This document shows, in pieces, positions 40,823-49,552 of a DNA stretch of 64,000 nucleotides. This stretch comes from an uncultured Chromatiales bacterium (lineage in GTDB: Bacteria; Bacteroidota; Ignavibacteria; SZUA-365). Each line of letters starts with the position of its first letter. The first letter of the stretch is position 1. Below the pieces are notes generated by a model. It did not search any database and was not told the origin of the DNA. It saw only the letters and a list, made by a program, of their open reading frames with translations. The stretch is taken from the NCBI GenBank assembly GCA_964388275.1, contig CAYLZD010000002.1:131089-195088 (forward strand), in the 5' to 3' direction. Both the position numbers and the translations under genes were made by a program.

Positions 40823-43360
40823 ATGAAAACAGTAATCCGATACATGCTCATCTTCACGACGGCAAGCGCGTGCGCGGTTTCACAGGGAAATCCGATTATC
40901 AATGAAATCATGTACGCTCCGGAGCAGGGGAAGTGCGAGTGGATAGAACTGTACAATCCTTGCGGCGACACCATCGATCTCAACGGCTGGATTATTCACG
41001 ATGCCACCACAGCGAGAAATCCGGTCGCGACCGCGCACTTCGCGCTTCCGCCGGGCGCATATGCCGTGGCATGTGCGGACTCCACCCTGATCTCCGATTT
41101 TCCGGAAATGGCGTCGCGCATGACGGTCATGAAGGGATTTCCTTCTCTCAACAATTCCGGTGACGAGCTTTTCCTTCTGGATCCCGACCTGAAACTGAGG
41201 GATTACATCCATTACAGGTCTTCATGGGGAGGGGGCTCCGGCGTTTCCCTGGAGCGCATCGATCCGAACGGTGAAAGCAACTTGAAAGAGAATTGGAAAA
41301 CCGGCATAGCTGCCGAGAAGGCGACTCCCGGACGCAAGAACAGCGTCTCAAAACCGGATCATGACCTCGCGATCGACGCTGTGCGTATCGATCCCGCCAG
41401 GCCCCGCATGGGCGAAACCGCGCGCATCGAAATTCAGGCGCGCAACGGCGGGACGGCGGACGCCGCGGGATTCGGTTTGAAGGTGTATGAGCACTCCGTT
41501 GACGGGGATTCCACCACGCCGGGGCTTCCAATACTGACACTCTCCTCGACTGCGGTTCTCGCCGCATCCGAAACCGCCGTTCTGTCTGGGATCCTGTATC
41601 CTACGGATATGCCGCAACGAAATCTGAGCGCAGTCATTGCTTGTGAAAACGATGAGGACGCCAGGAACGATACGGGAAGGATCGGCTTCAGATATTCCCC
41701 GGCGGCGGGCAGTGTAGTGATCAACGAGATAATGTACGCTCCATTATCCGGCGACCCGGAATGGATCGAGCTATACAATGCCACGGCCCGGAGTGTCAAT
41801 GCGGCGGGATGGTTCATCTGCGACGAGGCGTCGAGCAGGGAGATCGACGCCGGGTCCGGTGCGACCATCCCGCCGTATGGATTCTGCGTATTGTCGGCAT
41901 CCGAGGATATTCTGCGCCGTTATCCGTCCATGCCCGTGACACCGATAATACTGGCGCTCCCGTCCCTGAACAACGGCGGCGATGCTGTGCGCCTTCTCGA
42001 TGATGCCGGCGCGGCCGTTGACAGCATGCGTTACGAATCGGCATGGGGCGGCGGCGACGGGCTTTCCCTTGAACGCGTGAATTTCACCCGGCCATCATCG
42101 TATGCGGCAAACTGGAAGCCCTGCGAGGACCTTTCGGGCGGCACTCCCGGCGCACCGAACAGCGTGCGAGCGCGGGATCGCAATCTGGCCATCGGCACCG
42201 TCCTTATCATGGGAGCCGATGCGGCGGTGACCGTCTTGAATGCGGGCCTTCTGGCTTCCGCCGCCGGTATGCTGTTTCTTTACCACGACAGGGATGGAGA
42301 TGGAAGCCCTTCGCCGCTCGAGGAGATTGCTCGGGCTGAAATCCCGACTCTGGAGAGCGGCGATTCATGCGTGCTCCGCTTCAATGAAACTACAGATGCA
42401 ACAGGAATTATTCGCCTCATCTTCCGGATCGAATACGATGCCGACGAGAGGCCCGGCGATAACATCCGCAGTGTGGAAATGGTCAGAGCGGCGGAACCCG
42501 GCCTGTTCGCAATCAACGAAATAATGTATGCCCCGTTCAGCGGCGAGGCGGAATGGGTGGAATACATTAATCGGTCACCGGCGGCCGTGGATATCGCGGG
42601 TTACAAGCTGGCGCGGGATAAATCAACGGACGGGACGCGGACGACCATTCAGCTTCCCGTAACTCCGACACCGGTGCTACCTGGCGATTACGTAGTCATT
42701 GCCTCGGACAGCGCCTTGTTTGCGCGTTTCAAGTATCTGCTTGAAGGCGGTTCGACGAGCAGGGTGGTAATATTGAACAGAGTCTCGCTGGGCCTGACCG
42801 AGAACGGCGAGTTGCTTCTGTGCGATCCGGCCGGGACCGTGATCGACAGCATGATGTATTCCCCTTCTCTGCATAATCCCAATGTCCATGACACCAGAGG
42901 GAGATCGCTGGAGCGGCTCAACCCGGAATTTCCCCCGATGCTGCGCTCCAACTGGAGCACCTGTCCTGAAACGGAAGGGGGTACGCCGGGGAAGCGCAAT
43001 GCGCTTTTCACCGGACGCCCGCCATGGGAGAGCGGAGGAAAGGCGCGGCTGCTGGCGACCCCGAATCCCTTCTCGCCCGATGGGGACGGTCACGACGATC
43101 ATTGCGTTATCAGTTGGGAATTGCCCGGCTCGGTATCGCAGATTCGTTTGCGGATTTTCGACAGCATAGGCCGCCAGGTCCGAACCGTGGCGTCGAATCA
43201 ACCCTCCGGTCGCGCCGGCCAGCTCCTTTTCGACGGAAACGATGACGGAGGCAGACGTCTGCCTATCGGAGTGTACATCATGCTGCTGGAAGCGGTGGAT
43301 TTTCACGGCGCCGGAATATCCTCCATAAAGGAGGCGCTCGTAATCGCGACACGCCTATAA
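40823..43360 (+). CDS. Large secreted protein with three lamin-tail (LTD) domains and a T9SS type-B C-terminal sorting domain
   Basis: Motif INEIMYAP..G..EWIELYN occurs three times (near aa 25, 295, 565). C-terminus has NPFSPDGDGHDD (type-B sorting/FlgD-Ig-like) signature. Signal peptide present. Confidence 0.7.
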   Translation: MKTVIRYMLIFTTASACAVSQGNPIINEIMYAPEQGKCEWIELYNPCGDTIDLNGWIIHDATTARNPVATAHFALPPGAYAVACADSTLISDFPEMASRMTVMKGFPSLNNSGDELFLLDPDLKLRDYIHYRSSWGGGSGVSLERIDPNGESNLKENWKTGIAAEKATPGRKNSVSKPDHDLAIDAVRIDPARPRMGETARIEIQARNGGTADAAGFGLKVYEHSVDGDSTTPGLPILTLSSTAVLAASETAVLSGILYPTDMPQRNLSAVIACENDEDARNDTGRIGFRYSPAAGSVVINEIMYAPLSGDPEWIELYNATARSVNAAGWFICDEASSREIDAGSGATIPPYGFCVLSASEDILRRYPSMPVTPIILALPSLNNGGDAVRLLDDAGAAVDSMRYESAWGGGDGLSLERVNFTRPSSYAANWKPCEDLSGGTPGAPNSVRARDRNLAIGTVLIMGADAAVTVLNAGLLASAAGMLFLYHDRDGDGSPSPLEEIARAEIPTLESGDSCVLRFNETTDATGIIRLIFRIEYDADERPGDNIRSVEMVRAAEPGLFAINEIMYAPFSGEAEWVEYINRSPAAVDIAGYKLARDKSTDGTRTTIQLPVTPTPVLPGDYVVIASDSALFARFKYLLEGGSTSRVVILNRVSLGLTENGELLLCDPAGTVIDSMMYSPSLHNPNVHDTRGRSLERLNPEFPPMLRSNWSTCPETEGGTPGKRNALFTGRPPWESGGKARLLATPNPFSPDGDGHDDHCVISWELPGSVSQIRLRIFDSIGRQVRTVASNQPSGRAGQLLFDGNDDGGRRLPIGVYIMLLEAVDFHGAGISSIKEALVIATRL

Positions 43361-43436
43361 ATGGACGGGTCTGATTTTTTCTTCGAGAGACCGGTCGCCA
43401 TGGCCTCGGGCGTTCGGGCGGCGCCGGAGCGCGGAA

Positions 43437-45164
43437 CTACAGTGGGGGCTGATACCGGCCGGCCGCTTCCTGAAGCAGCTCGTTGATCGTGTTCTTGAGT
43501 TCCTCGATCTGGAACGGTTTCGACAGATACCGGTTGCAGCCGGCGGCGAGACAGCGCTGTTTATCCTCCGGAAATGCATGAGCGGTGATGGCTATGACCG
43601 GAATCGGATGGAAGGTTTTATGCTCGCGGATTCGCCGCGTCAGATGTAGTCCGTCTTCATCGCCTCGCAGAGACAGGTCCATCAGTATCAGATCGACGGA
43701 ATTCTGGTTGAGCGCGTCCCAGGCCTCGCTTCCCGAAGTCGCGATCCTTATGTCGTAGTCGCGCTTGAGAAGAACGAGCATGTATTCCTGCGTCTGCTCG
43801 TCGTCCTCCACTATCAGCACGGTTCTGCCGTTCGCAGCGCGGGAGTTGTTTTCGGCATAGGCTGCGGCGGCCGAGTGTTCGACCTGCAGCGGCAGTTCTT
43901 CCTGAAGGCCGTCGGAGGCGGCGGCCGAAAGGAAACGCAGCGTGAAAGTCGTTCCGACGCCCTTCCGGCTCTTGACCGTGATGCTGCCCTGGTTGAATTC
44001 GATATACCTCTTGGTCAGGGCAAGACCCAGTCCCAGTCCTTCGAACGGCCTCGTATATCCGATGATTTCCTGTGAAAACACATTGAACACCCGAGGCAGA
44101 TACTCCGCGCTGATGCCTATGCCAGTGTCGGACACTTCTATGCAGACGCGTCTGTCCTGACGGTACGTGCGGACTTTAACGCCGCCGCGGTTGGTGAACT
44201 TGATCGCATTGTCGATCAGGTTTGTGAGCGCCTGGTCGAGACAGTAGCGGTCGGCGATAATCAGAGCGCCGGGGTATTCGTTCAGCGTTGTGAGCGTGAG
44301 TCCTTTCTCCGCCGCTATGGAGCGCAGATCCATTATCAGGGTTTCGACCCGGTCGTTGACGTCGATCGGTTCCGGGTGGAGTTCGAAGGTTCCGGCCTGT
44401 ATGCTCGAAATGTTGAGTATATGCTCAACCGTGCGCATGAGACGCTGGCCGCCGCGCTCTATGCTTTCGAAGAAAGTCAGTTCCTCGGCCTTGATCCGGT
44501 CGGACATCTCCGCCATGATCAGCGAGGAGTAGCCGAGAATGACGTTGAGAGGAGTCCTGATTTCGTGCGAAATGTTCGCTATGAAAGCATCCTTCAGCCG
44601 GTCCGATTGCTCGGCGCGTTCCTTGGCTGTGATGAGTTCGAGTTCCTGCCGCTTGCGTTCGGTGATATCCCTGATCATGACCTGAACCGCCTCCTCCCCG
44701 TCGTAGGTTATCGGGATGGCGGTAACCTCGATGTCGATAACCTGACCGTCGTAGCGGACAAATTTTTCCTCGATAAAAGACAGTTCGCCGGGATGGCTCA
44801 GAAATTCGGTTATGCGGCTCTTCGCATGTTCGTAGAAGGCGGTGCGGCCGTATTCCTCCAGTTGTTTGCCGATCAATTCGTCGGGATTCATGGCGCCGAA
44901 CAGTTTGGCGCCGGCGTCGTTGACGTAGCGGAACTCGCCTTCGATGAGCACCGCCATCGGGAAAGGAGAGAAATTGACGAGGCGGCGGTATCTCTCCTCG
45001 CTTTCGGTAAGGACTTCCAGATTCTTCTGCTGTATGGCGAACACGCGCCTCTGCTGCACCAGCACTATCACGATAATGCCCACGACAAGCACCAGCGCCG
45101 TGACGACGCCCGAGATTATCGCGACGGCTTCCGTCAATATGCCGGCTAATGCGAGAGTGTCCAC
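43437..45164 (-). CDS. Hybrid sensor histidine kinase/response regulator (TM-PAS-HisKA-HATPase-REC)
   Basis: TM helix, PAS (NPDELIGKQLEEY..), HisKA (FIANISHEIRTPLN), HATPase (N, G1, G2 boxes), C-terminal receiver (LIVEDDE...LILMDLSL...SKPF). No in-frame ATG near the domain start, so start assigned to GTG 45164. Confidence 0.8.
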   Translation of the reverse strand: MDTLALAGILTEAVAIISGVVTALVLVVGIIVIVLVQQRRVFAIQQKNLEVLTESEERYRRLVNFSPFPMAVLIEGEFRYVNDAGAKLFGAMNPDELIGKQLEEYGRTAFYEHAKSRITEFLSHPGELSFIEEKFVRYDGQVIDIEVTAIPITYDGEEAVQVMIRDITERKRQELELITAKERAEQSDRLKDAFIANISHEIRTPLNVILGYSSLIMAEMSDRIKAEELTFFESIERGGQRLMRTVEHILNISSIQAGTFELHPEPIDVNDRVETLIMDLRSIAAEKGLTLTTLNEYPGALIIADRYCLDQALTNLIDNAIKFTNRGGVKVRTYRQDRRVCIEVSDTGIGISAEYLPRVFNVFSQEIIGYTRPFEGLGLGLALTKRYIEFNQGSITVKSRKGVGTTFTLRFLSAAASDGLQEELPLQVEHSAAAAYAENNSRAANGRTVLIVEDDEQTQEYMLVLLKRDYDIRIATSGSEAWDALNQNSVDLILMDLSLRGDEDGLHLTRRIREHKTFHPIPVIAITAHAFPEDKQRCLAAGCNRYLSKPFQIEELKNTINELLQEAAGRYQPPL

Positions 45165-45898
45165 CGCCTGTGCTCGCTGTAGAATGAGTATGCGTAAATC
45201 AGATTCGCCGTGACGCCGAGCATCGAGTGTATGCTCCAGATCAGGTCGAGTTCGCTGTAATCCCCGCTCAGAATGACGTTCGCCAGAGCAAAAATTATCA
45301 GGTTTCCCGAGAAATAGATCATCACGGCTGAAACCACCCAGAAACGGGGATTGCGGAAAATGCCCATGATGTCTTCGGATGTCAATCTTATCAGGGTCAG
45401 CACCGACACTGCTACCAGCACCACGCTCTCGAAAGTCGCGGCGTAGCTGTCGAATCGGGGGTCCCGTTCCGGATTGATCACCTTTACGAGCACCCACACC
45501 ACCACGAAAGCCGGCACGCTGAAAGCTATGAAATATCTCCACTTCGGGCGGTTCTGCCACAGCGCGAAGATCAGCATCAGCAGTCCGAATTCAAAAAGCG
45601 TGTATATGTTGAACGGCCAGTAGTTGTTCCATTTATGCGCTGAAAGCACAACGGAAATCGCTTCAACGACCACCGCCATGGCGATGAGCGTGAGCAACAA
45701 CTTGAATTCGAGTGAGAGTGACTTACCGAACCAGAGACCGACGAATAGAGGAATGATTCCGGTGAAAGCGGTATAGCGGAGTATCAGGGGAACTTCCGAC
45801 GAGGAAGAAGGAAAAAAGTACTCAGCCCCGGGAAGCAGGAGTATGCTGACGAAAGCCAGTACGCGGAACAGGATTTGAGAATTGCGCTCGTGTGCCAA
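45146..45898 (-). CDS. Polytopic (7-8 TM) membrane protein directly upstream of and overlapping the hybrid kinase
   Basis: 250 aa, almost entirely hydrophobic helices. Stop lies inside the kinase 5' end. Confidence 0.55.
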   Translation of the reverse strand: MAHERNSQILFRVLAFVSILLLPGAEYFFPSSSSEVPLILRYTAFTGIIPLFVGLWFGKSLSLEFKLLLTLIAMAVVVEAISVVLSAHKWNNYWPFNIYTLFEFGLLMLIFALWQNRPKWRYFIAFSVPAFVVVWVLVKVINPERDPRFDSYAATFESVVLVAVSVLTLIRLTSEDIMGIFRNPRFWVVSAVMIYFSGNLIIFALANVILSGDYSELDLIWSIHSMLGVTANLIYAYSFYSEHRRWTLSH

Positions 45899-45985
45899 AG
45901 TTCAACGCTTCCCTCCCGCGGGAGGTCTTTTAAAAGGGTGGATGTGGACGAAACCCGCTCTGTAGTGGCCTGTCAGGCCGCGTCA

Positions 45986-46040
45986 ATGCCGCAATATTGC
46001 ACCCACACGCGCAATATATTCCTTTCCGGCGCAATCACAA
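45986..46040. promoter_or_regulatory. Three phased GCGCAAT(A/C) direct repeats (20-bp spacing); the first lies in a 10-bp palindrome GCAATATTGC
   Basis: GCAAT starts at 45991, 46011 and 46031. Located in the 179-bp gap upstream (minus orientation) of the 7TM gene. Confidence 0.35.
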
Positions 46041-46077
46041 GAATCGGGGTCCGTCGCACATCCACCCGCGCGACCGC

Positions 46078-46485
46078 CTAGCTGTTCAGTTCGTTGAAGA
46101 AACCGCAATACGGCGGACACGGGACCGAGCGCTCGAGTATGAATCCCTCGATCAGATCGTTGCCCGTCGCGTCCACACCCACAAGCACGAGCACCGGACG
46201 TCCGTCGTTTTCCTGTCCATAGTAGTAGCGGATCCCGACAACCCCTTCCTGGTCCAGCAACTGCTGCAGCGCTGCCTGGCCGAAGAAGCCGCCCTTTATG
46301 GCGTTCTTGCCTGCGCGCTCGCGGAAGTTGCGAGTCAATGCAGCCGCGTCTCCGAGCATGATGTCGTGATCCTCGTTGCCTGTGAACATCGGACGGCGAC
46401 GCTCACGGATCTCCGGCTTCGCCGGCGCGACGGGGATGTCTACGAAAGACTCAAGAGTCTGGGGGTTGATAGTTGTGGTTTCCAT
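46078..46485 (-). CDS. Unknown-family small protein, tandem paralog A (C-terminal VPCPPYCGFFNELNS)
   Basis: 135 aa, soluble, ~97% identical in protein to paralog B but ~90% in DNA, with mostly synonymous differences. Confidence 0.6.
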   Translation of the reverse strand: METTTINPQTLESFVDIPVAPAKPEIRERRRPMFTGNEDHDIMLGDAAALTRNFRERAGKNAIKGGFFGQAALQQLLDQEGVVGIRYYYGQENDGRPVLVLVGVDATGNDLIEGFILERSVPCPPYCGFFNELNS

Positions 46486-46556
46486 GACGATCTCCTGTAA
46501 AAAGCTTGGCGTTGAAAATTCTGTAATCGAAGGTCGGGGTTTGCGATGAGTGCCGA

Positions 46557-46961
46557 TCAACTGTTGAGTTCGTTGAAGAAGCCGCAATATGGCGGACACG
46601 GGACCGAACGCTCGAGTATGAAGCCCTCGATCAGGTCGTTGCCCGTCGCGTCCACACCCACAAGCACGAGCACCGGACGGCCGTCGTTTTCCTGGCCGTA
46701 GTAGTAACGGATTCCGACTACTCCCTCCTGGTCCAATAGCTGCTGCAATGCGGCCTGTCCGAAAAATCCTCCCTTGATGGCATTTTTGCCTGCGCGCTCG
46801 CGGAAATTGCGAGTCAATGACGCGGCATCTCCGAGCATGATGTCGTGATCCTCGTTGCCTGTGAACATCGGACGGCGACGCTCGCGGATTTCCGGTTTGG
46901 CCGGCGCAACGGGCACGTCGACGAAAGACTCGAGGGTCTGAAGGTTGATTGTGGTTTCCAT
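46557..46961 (-). CDS. Unknown-family small protein, tandem paralog B
   Basis: 134 aa, same family as paralog A. Head-to-tail duplication with a ~476-bp period. Each copy has its own AGGAG-like site upstream. Confidence 0.6.
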   Translation of the reverse strand: METTINLQTLESFVDVPVAPAKPEIRERRRPMFTGNEDHDIMLGDAASLTRNFRERAGKNAIKGGFFGQAALQQLLDQEGVVGIRYYYGQENDGRPVLVLVGVDATGNDLIEGFILERSVPCPPYCGFFNELNS

Positions 46962-47430
46962 AACGACTCCTGTTGAATAGAAAGAATGAATTGAGGATTG
47001 ATTGTCGGTTTCCAGTTTTCGGATCGCGCGGCAGGCAGCACGGAAGCCCTGCGATTTAAGACTTATTTGTCTTGAATAGAGGCACGAGATCGAGCGGCTG
47101 ATGCCGATTACACGGTCCGACGGTTAATACGTTGTCAATTGAAGATGTAGAGCACTGAGCTTCGAGCAGGCCGGCAGGCGATTCATGCGTGAGAGCCGAT
47201 ACGCTTTGCGCGAAATGCGCCTGGTTCGAAGAGGCACCTCAGCACCTCATAGTGCGAATGTACATCAAATGCAAGTGGAAGGCAATAATTATTTTACGTT
47301 TTTGCAAAAATTTTTTATCTGCCCTGAAATCTGCTTATTACCATGGTATTATTGCTGATAGAGGCATTTTGACGTAGCTTTCGAACATGATGCACGTGAG
47401 AGATGATAAAACTGCAGCAATCGACGGCAC

Positions 47431-48258
47431 ATGGAAAAGGTTTCTGTCGTAGACGTGTTGCCGGGACCGATCCCGGTTCTCGAGGCACTGCGGGATACAT
47501 GGAGCAGACGCGAGCTCGTAATTCTGCTGGCCGTCAGGGATATAAAGGTGCGATTCAAACAGACTCTGCTGGGTGTCGCTTGGGCGATCATCAGGCCCGT
47601 GGTCGCGACTTTTGTCTTTACATTTATCTTCGAGCGGATCGCCGGACTGTCATCACAGGGAGTGCCGTATCCCCTGCTGGCGCTCAGCGGCGTTCTGGCC
47701 TGGAATTTCATGTCCGAGGGCATCAACAGCGGCAGCCACGGGATGCTCAGGCATACAGGACTCATTACCAAGGTCTATTTCCCGAGAGTCATCTTTCCTC
47801 TCGCAGGGATGTTGGGAGGACTTGCGGATCTGACGGTTGCCCTGCTCTGCTATGTGGCAATTGCCGCCGCATACGGTTACGCGCCCGGCGCTTCCGTTTT
47901 GCTGCTGCCGGCGGCCGCGGCATACGGCCTGGTAACGGCTTTCGGAGTGAGTCTCTGGTTCAGCTCTCTCGGTGTACACTACCGGGACGTGTGGCATGCG
48001 CTGCCTTTCGTCTTGCAGATACTATTCTGGATCACGCCTGTCGGGTATGGCGCGCAGATCATACCTGACGAGGTCATGCCGCTTTATTGGTGCAATCCCT
48101 TCGTGTCCGTCATCGAACTTTTCCGCTTCACCCTGCTCGACACCCCCTTCCCGCCCGCGCATCTCATGTTGATCTCGGGATGCGCAGGCCTTCTGCTGCT
48201 TGTAACCGGACTCCGCTTCTTCCAGTGGGCCGAGACCGCTTTCGCTGATGTGATATGA
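47431..48258 (+). CDS. wzm: ABC-2 type polysaccharide/O-antigen export permease
   Basis: 275 aa, 6 TM, ABC-2 family signature region (LGVAWAIIRPVV..). Stop overlaps the ATPase start. Confidence 0.8.
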   Translation: MEKVSVVDVLPGPIPVLEALRDTWSRRELVILLAVRDIKVRFKQTLLGVAWAIIRPVVATFVFTFIFERIAGLSSQGVPYPLLALSGVLAWNFMSEGINSGSHGMLRHTGLITKVYFPRVIFPLAGMLGGLADLTVALLCYVAIAAAYGYAPGASVLLLPAAAAYGLVTAFGVSLWFSSLGVHYRDVWHALPFVLQILFWITPVGYGAQIIPDEVMPLYWCNPFVSVIELFRFTLLDTPFPPAHLMLISGCAGLLLLVTGLRFFQWAETAFADVI

Positions 48259-49526
48259 GCACGCCTGTTATCACTGTCCGCAATCTCGGCAAGCAATATC
48301 TTCTCGGGGAAGACGCATACCCGCTCGGCGGACGCACACTGCGGGATACCGCGGGACGGTTTCTCCAAGGCTTTGCCGGTGGAAATAAAGAGAAAGTGCG
48401 CGCGCAAGGCGCCATCTGGGCGTTGAAAAATGTGACCCTTGAGATACATGATGGCGAAATACTCGGCATAATCGGGAGGAACGGCGCCGGGAAAAGCACT
48501 CTTCTGAAAATTTTATCGCGGATCACGAGGCCCACTCAGGGCGCAGTCCGCGTTGTAGGACGTGTCGCGTCTCTACTCGAGGTGGGCACCGGATTTCACA
48601 GGGAACTCACTGGACGTGAAAATATTTTCCTGAACGGCGCGGTTCTGGGAATGAAGCGCTCCGAAATCAAAGCCTGCTTCGACGAAATCGTGGACTTCGC
48701 AGGCATCGAACGCTTCTTGGACACGCCCGTCAAGAGATACTCGAGCGGCATGTACCTGCGGCTCGCCTTTTCCGTCGCCGCCCACTTGCAGCCTGACATA
48801 CTCCTTGTGGACGAGGTGTTAGCCGTCGGCGATGCGGAATTCCAGAACAAATGCCTGAAGAAAATGCATGACGTCGTCCTGGGCGGACGAACGGTGCTTT
48901 TCGTAAGCCATAACCTGGCCGCCATAAGCCGTCTGTGTCCTTCGTCGATACTTCTGGAAGAGGGCGGTGTGCGCACGGCCGGCCCGACGGACGACGTCAT
49001 ACGCGCATACCTAGGCGCAATCGATACGGCTAGCGCAGTAGTCAATCTCGAACAAAACAAACAGGAAAAGGGGAACGACGGGACTCGGCCCGTCCGTCTC
49101 CGCCGCATCGAACTGGCAAACCCCTACGTCGGAAAATTCGCCGTCAGGTGGCGCGAGCCCTTCAAGTTGAGAATCGAAATCGAGGTCGCTTCAGAAATGA
49201 GGCAGGCCGTATTCGAAGTCAGAATCGACGGGTTGAACGGCGGCTCGATACTCTCGACGTACAGCTCCGATCCGGACGATCGTTCATACGACCTCGATTC
49301 AGGCCGATATGCCCTCAACCTCAGCATCGAAAATCACCTGCAAGCGGGACGCTATTTCCTCACCGTCGGAGGACATAATTCTATCTCCCGCGAGAGATTC
49401 CTCTTCGCTCCGCATGCGGCGGCCTGCGATGTGCTCGATATCCCGTATGAAGCGAAGCGCTATATCGGCAGAGACGTGTGTCTCATAAACGGAGACGCGC
49501 TCTGGTCGACTCCGGAGAAGCTGTGA
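48255..49526 (+). CDS. wzt: ABC transporter ATP-binding protein of the polysaccharide-export type with a ~170-aa C-terminal extension
   Basis: Walker A GRNGAGKST, signature YSSGMYLRLAF, Walker B ILLVDEVLAVGD. Residues ~250-423 form a beta-rich domain as in Wzt glycan-binding domains. Confidence 0.85.
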   Translation: MSTPVITVRNLGKQYLLGEDAYPLGGRTLRDTAGRFLQGFAGGNKEKVRAQGAIWALKNVTLEIHDGEILGIIGRNGAGKSTLLKILSRITRPTQGAVRVVGRVASLLEVGTGFHRELTGRENIFLNGAVLGMKRSEIKACFDEIVDFAGIERFLDTPVKRYSSGMYLRLAFSVAAHLQPDILLVDEVLAVGDAEFQNKCLKKMHDVVLGGRTVLFVSHNLAAISRLCPSSILLEEGGVRTAGPTDDVIRAYLGAIDTASAVVNLEQNKQEKGNDGTRPVRLRRIELANPYVGKFAVRWREPFKLRIEIEVASEMRQAVFEVRIDGLNGGSILSTYSSDPDDRSYDLDSGRYALNLSIENHLQAGRYFLTVGGHNSISRERFLFAPHAAACDVLDIPYEAKRYIGRDVCLINGDALWSTPEKL

Positions 49527-49552
49527 TCGGCCCAGGCGGCATCGAGCACCCG

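Larger units (their letters stand above)
46078..46961 (-). repeat. Tandem gene duplication (two ~480-bp units)
   Basis: Direct comparison of 46078-46485 with 46557-46961 shows collinear ~90% nucleotide identity. Confidence 0.8.
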
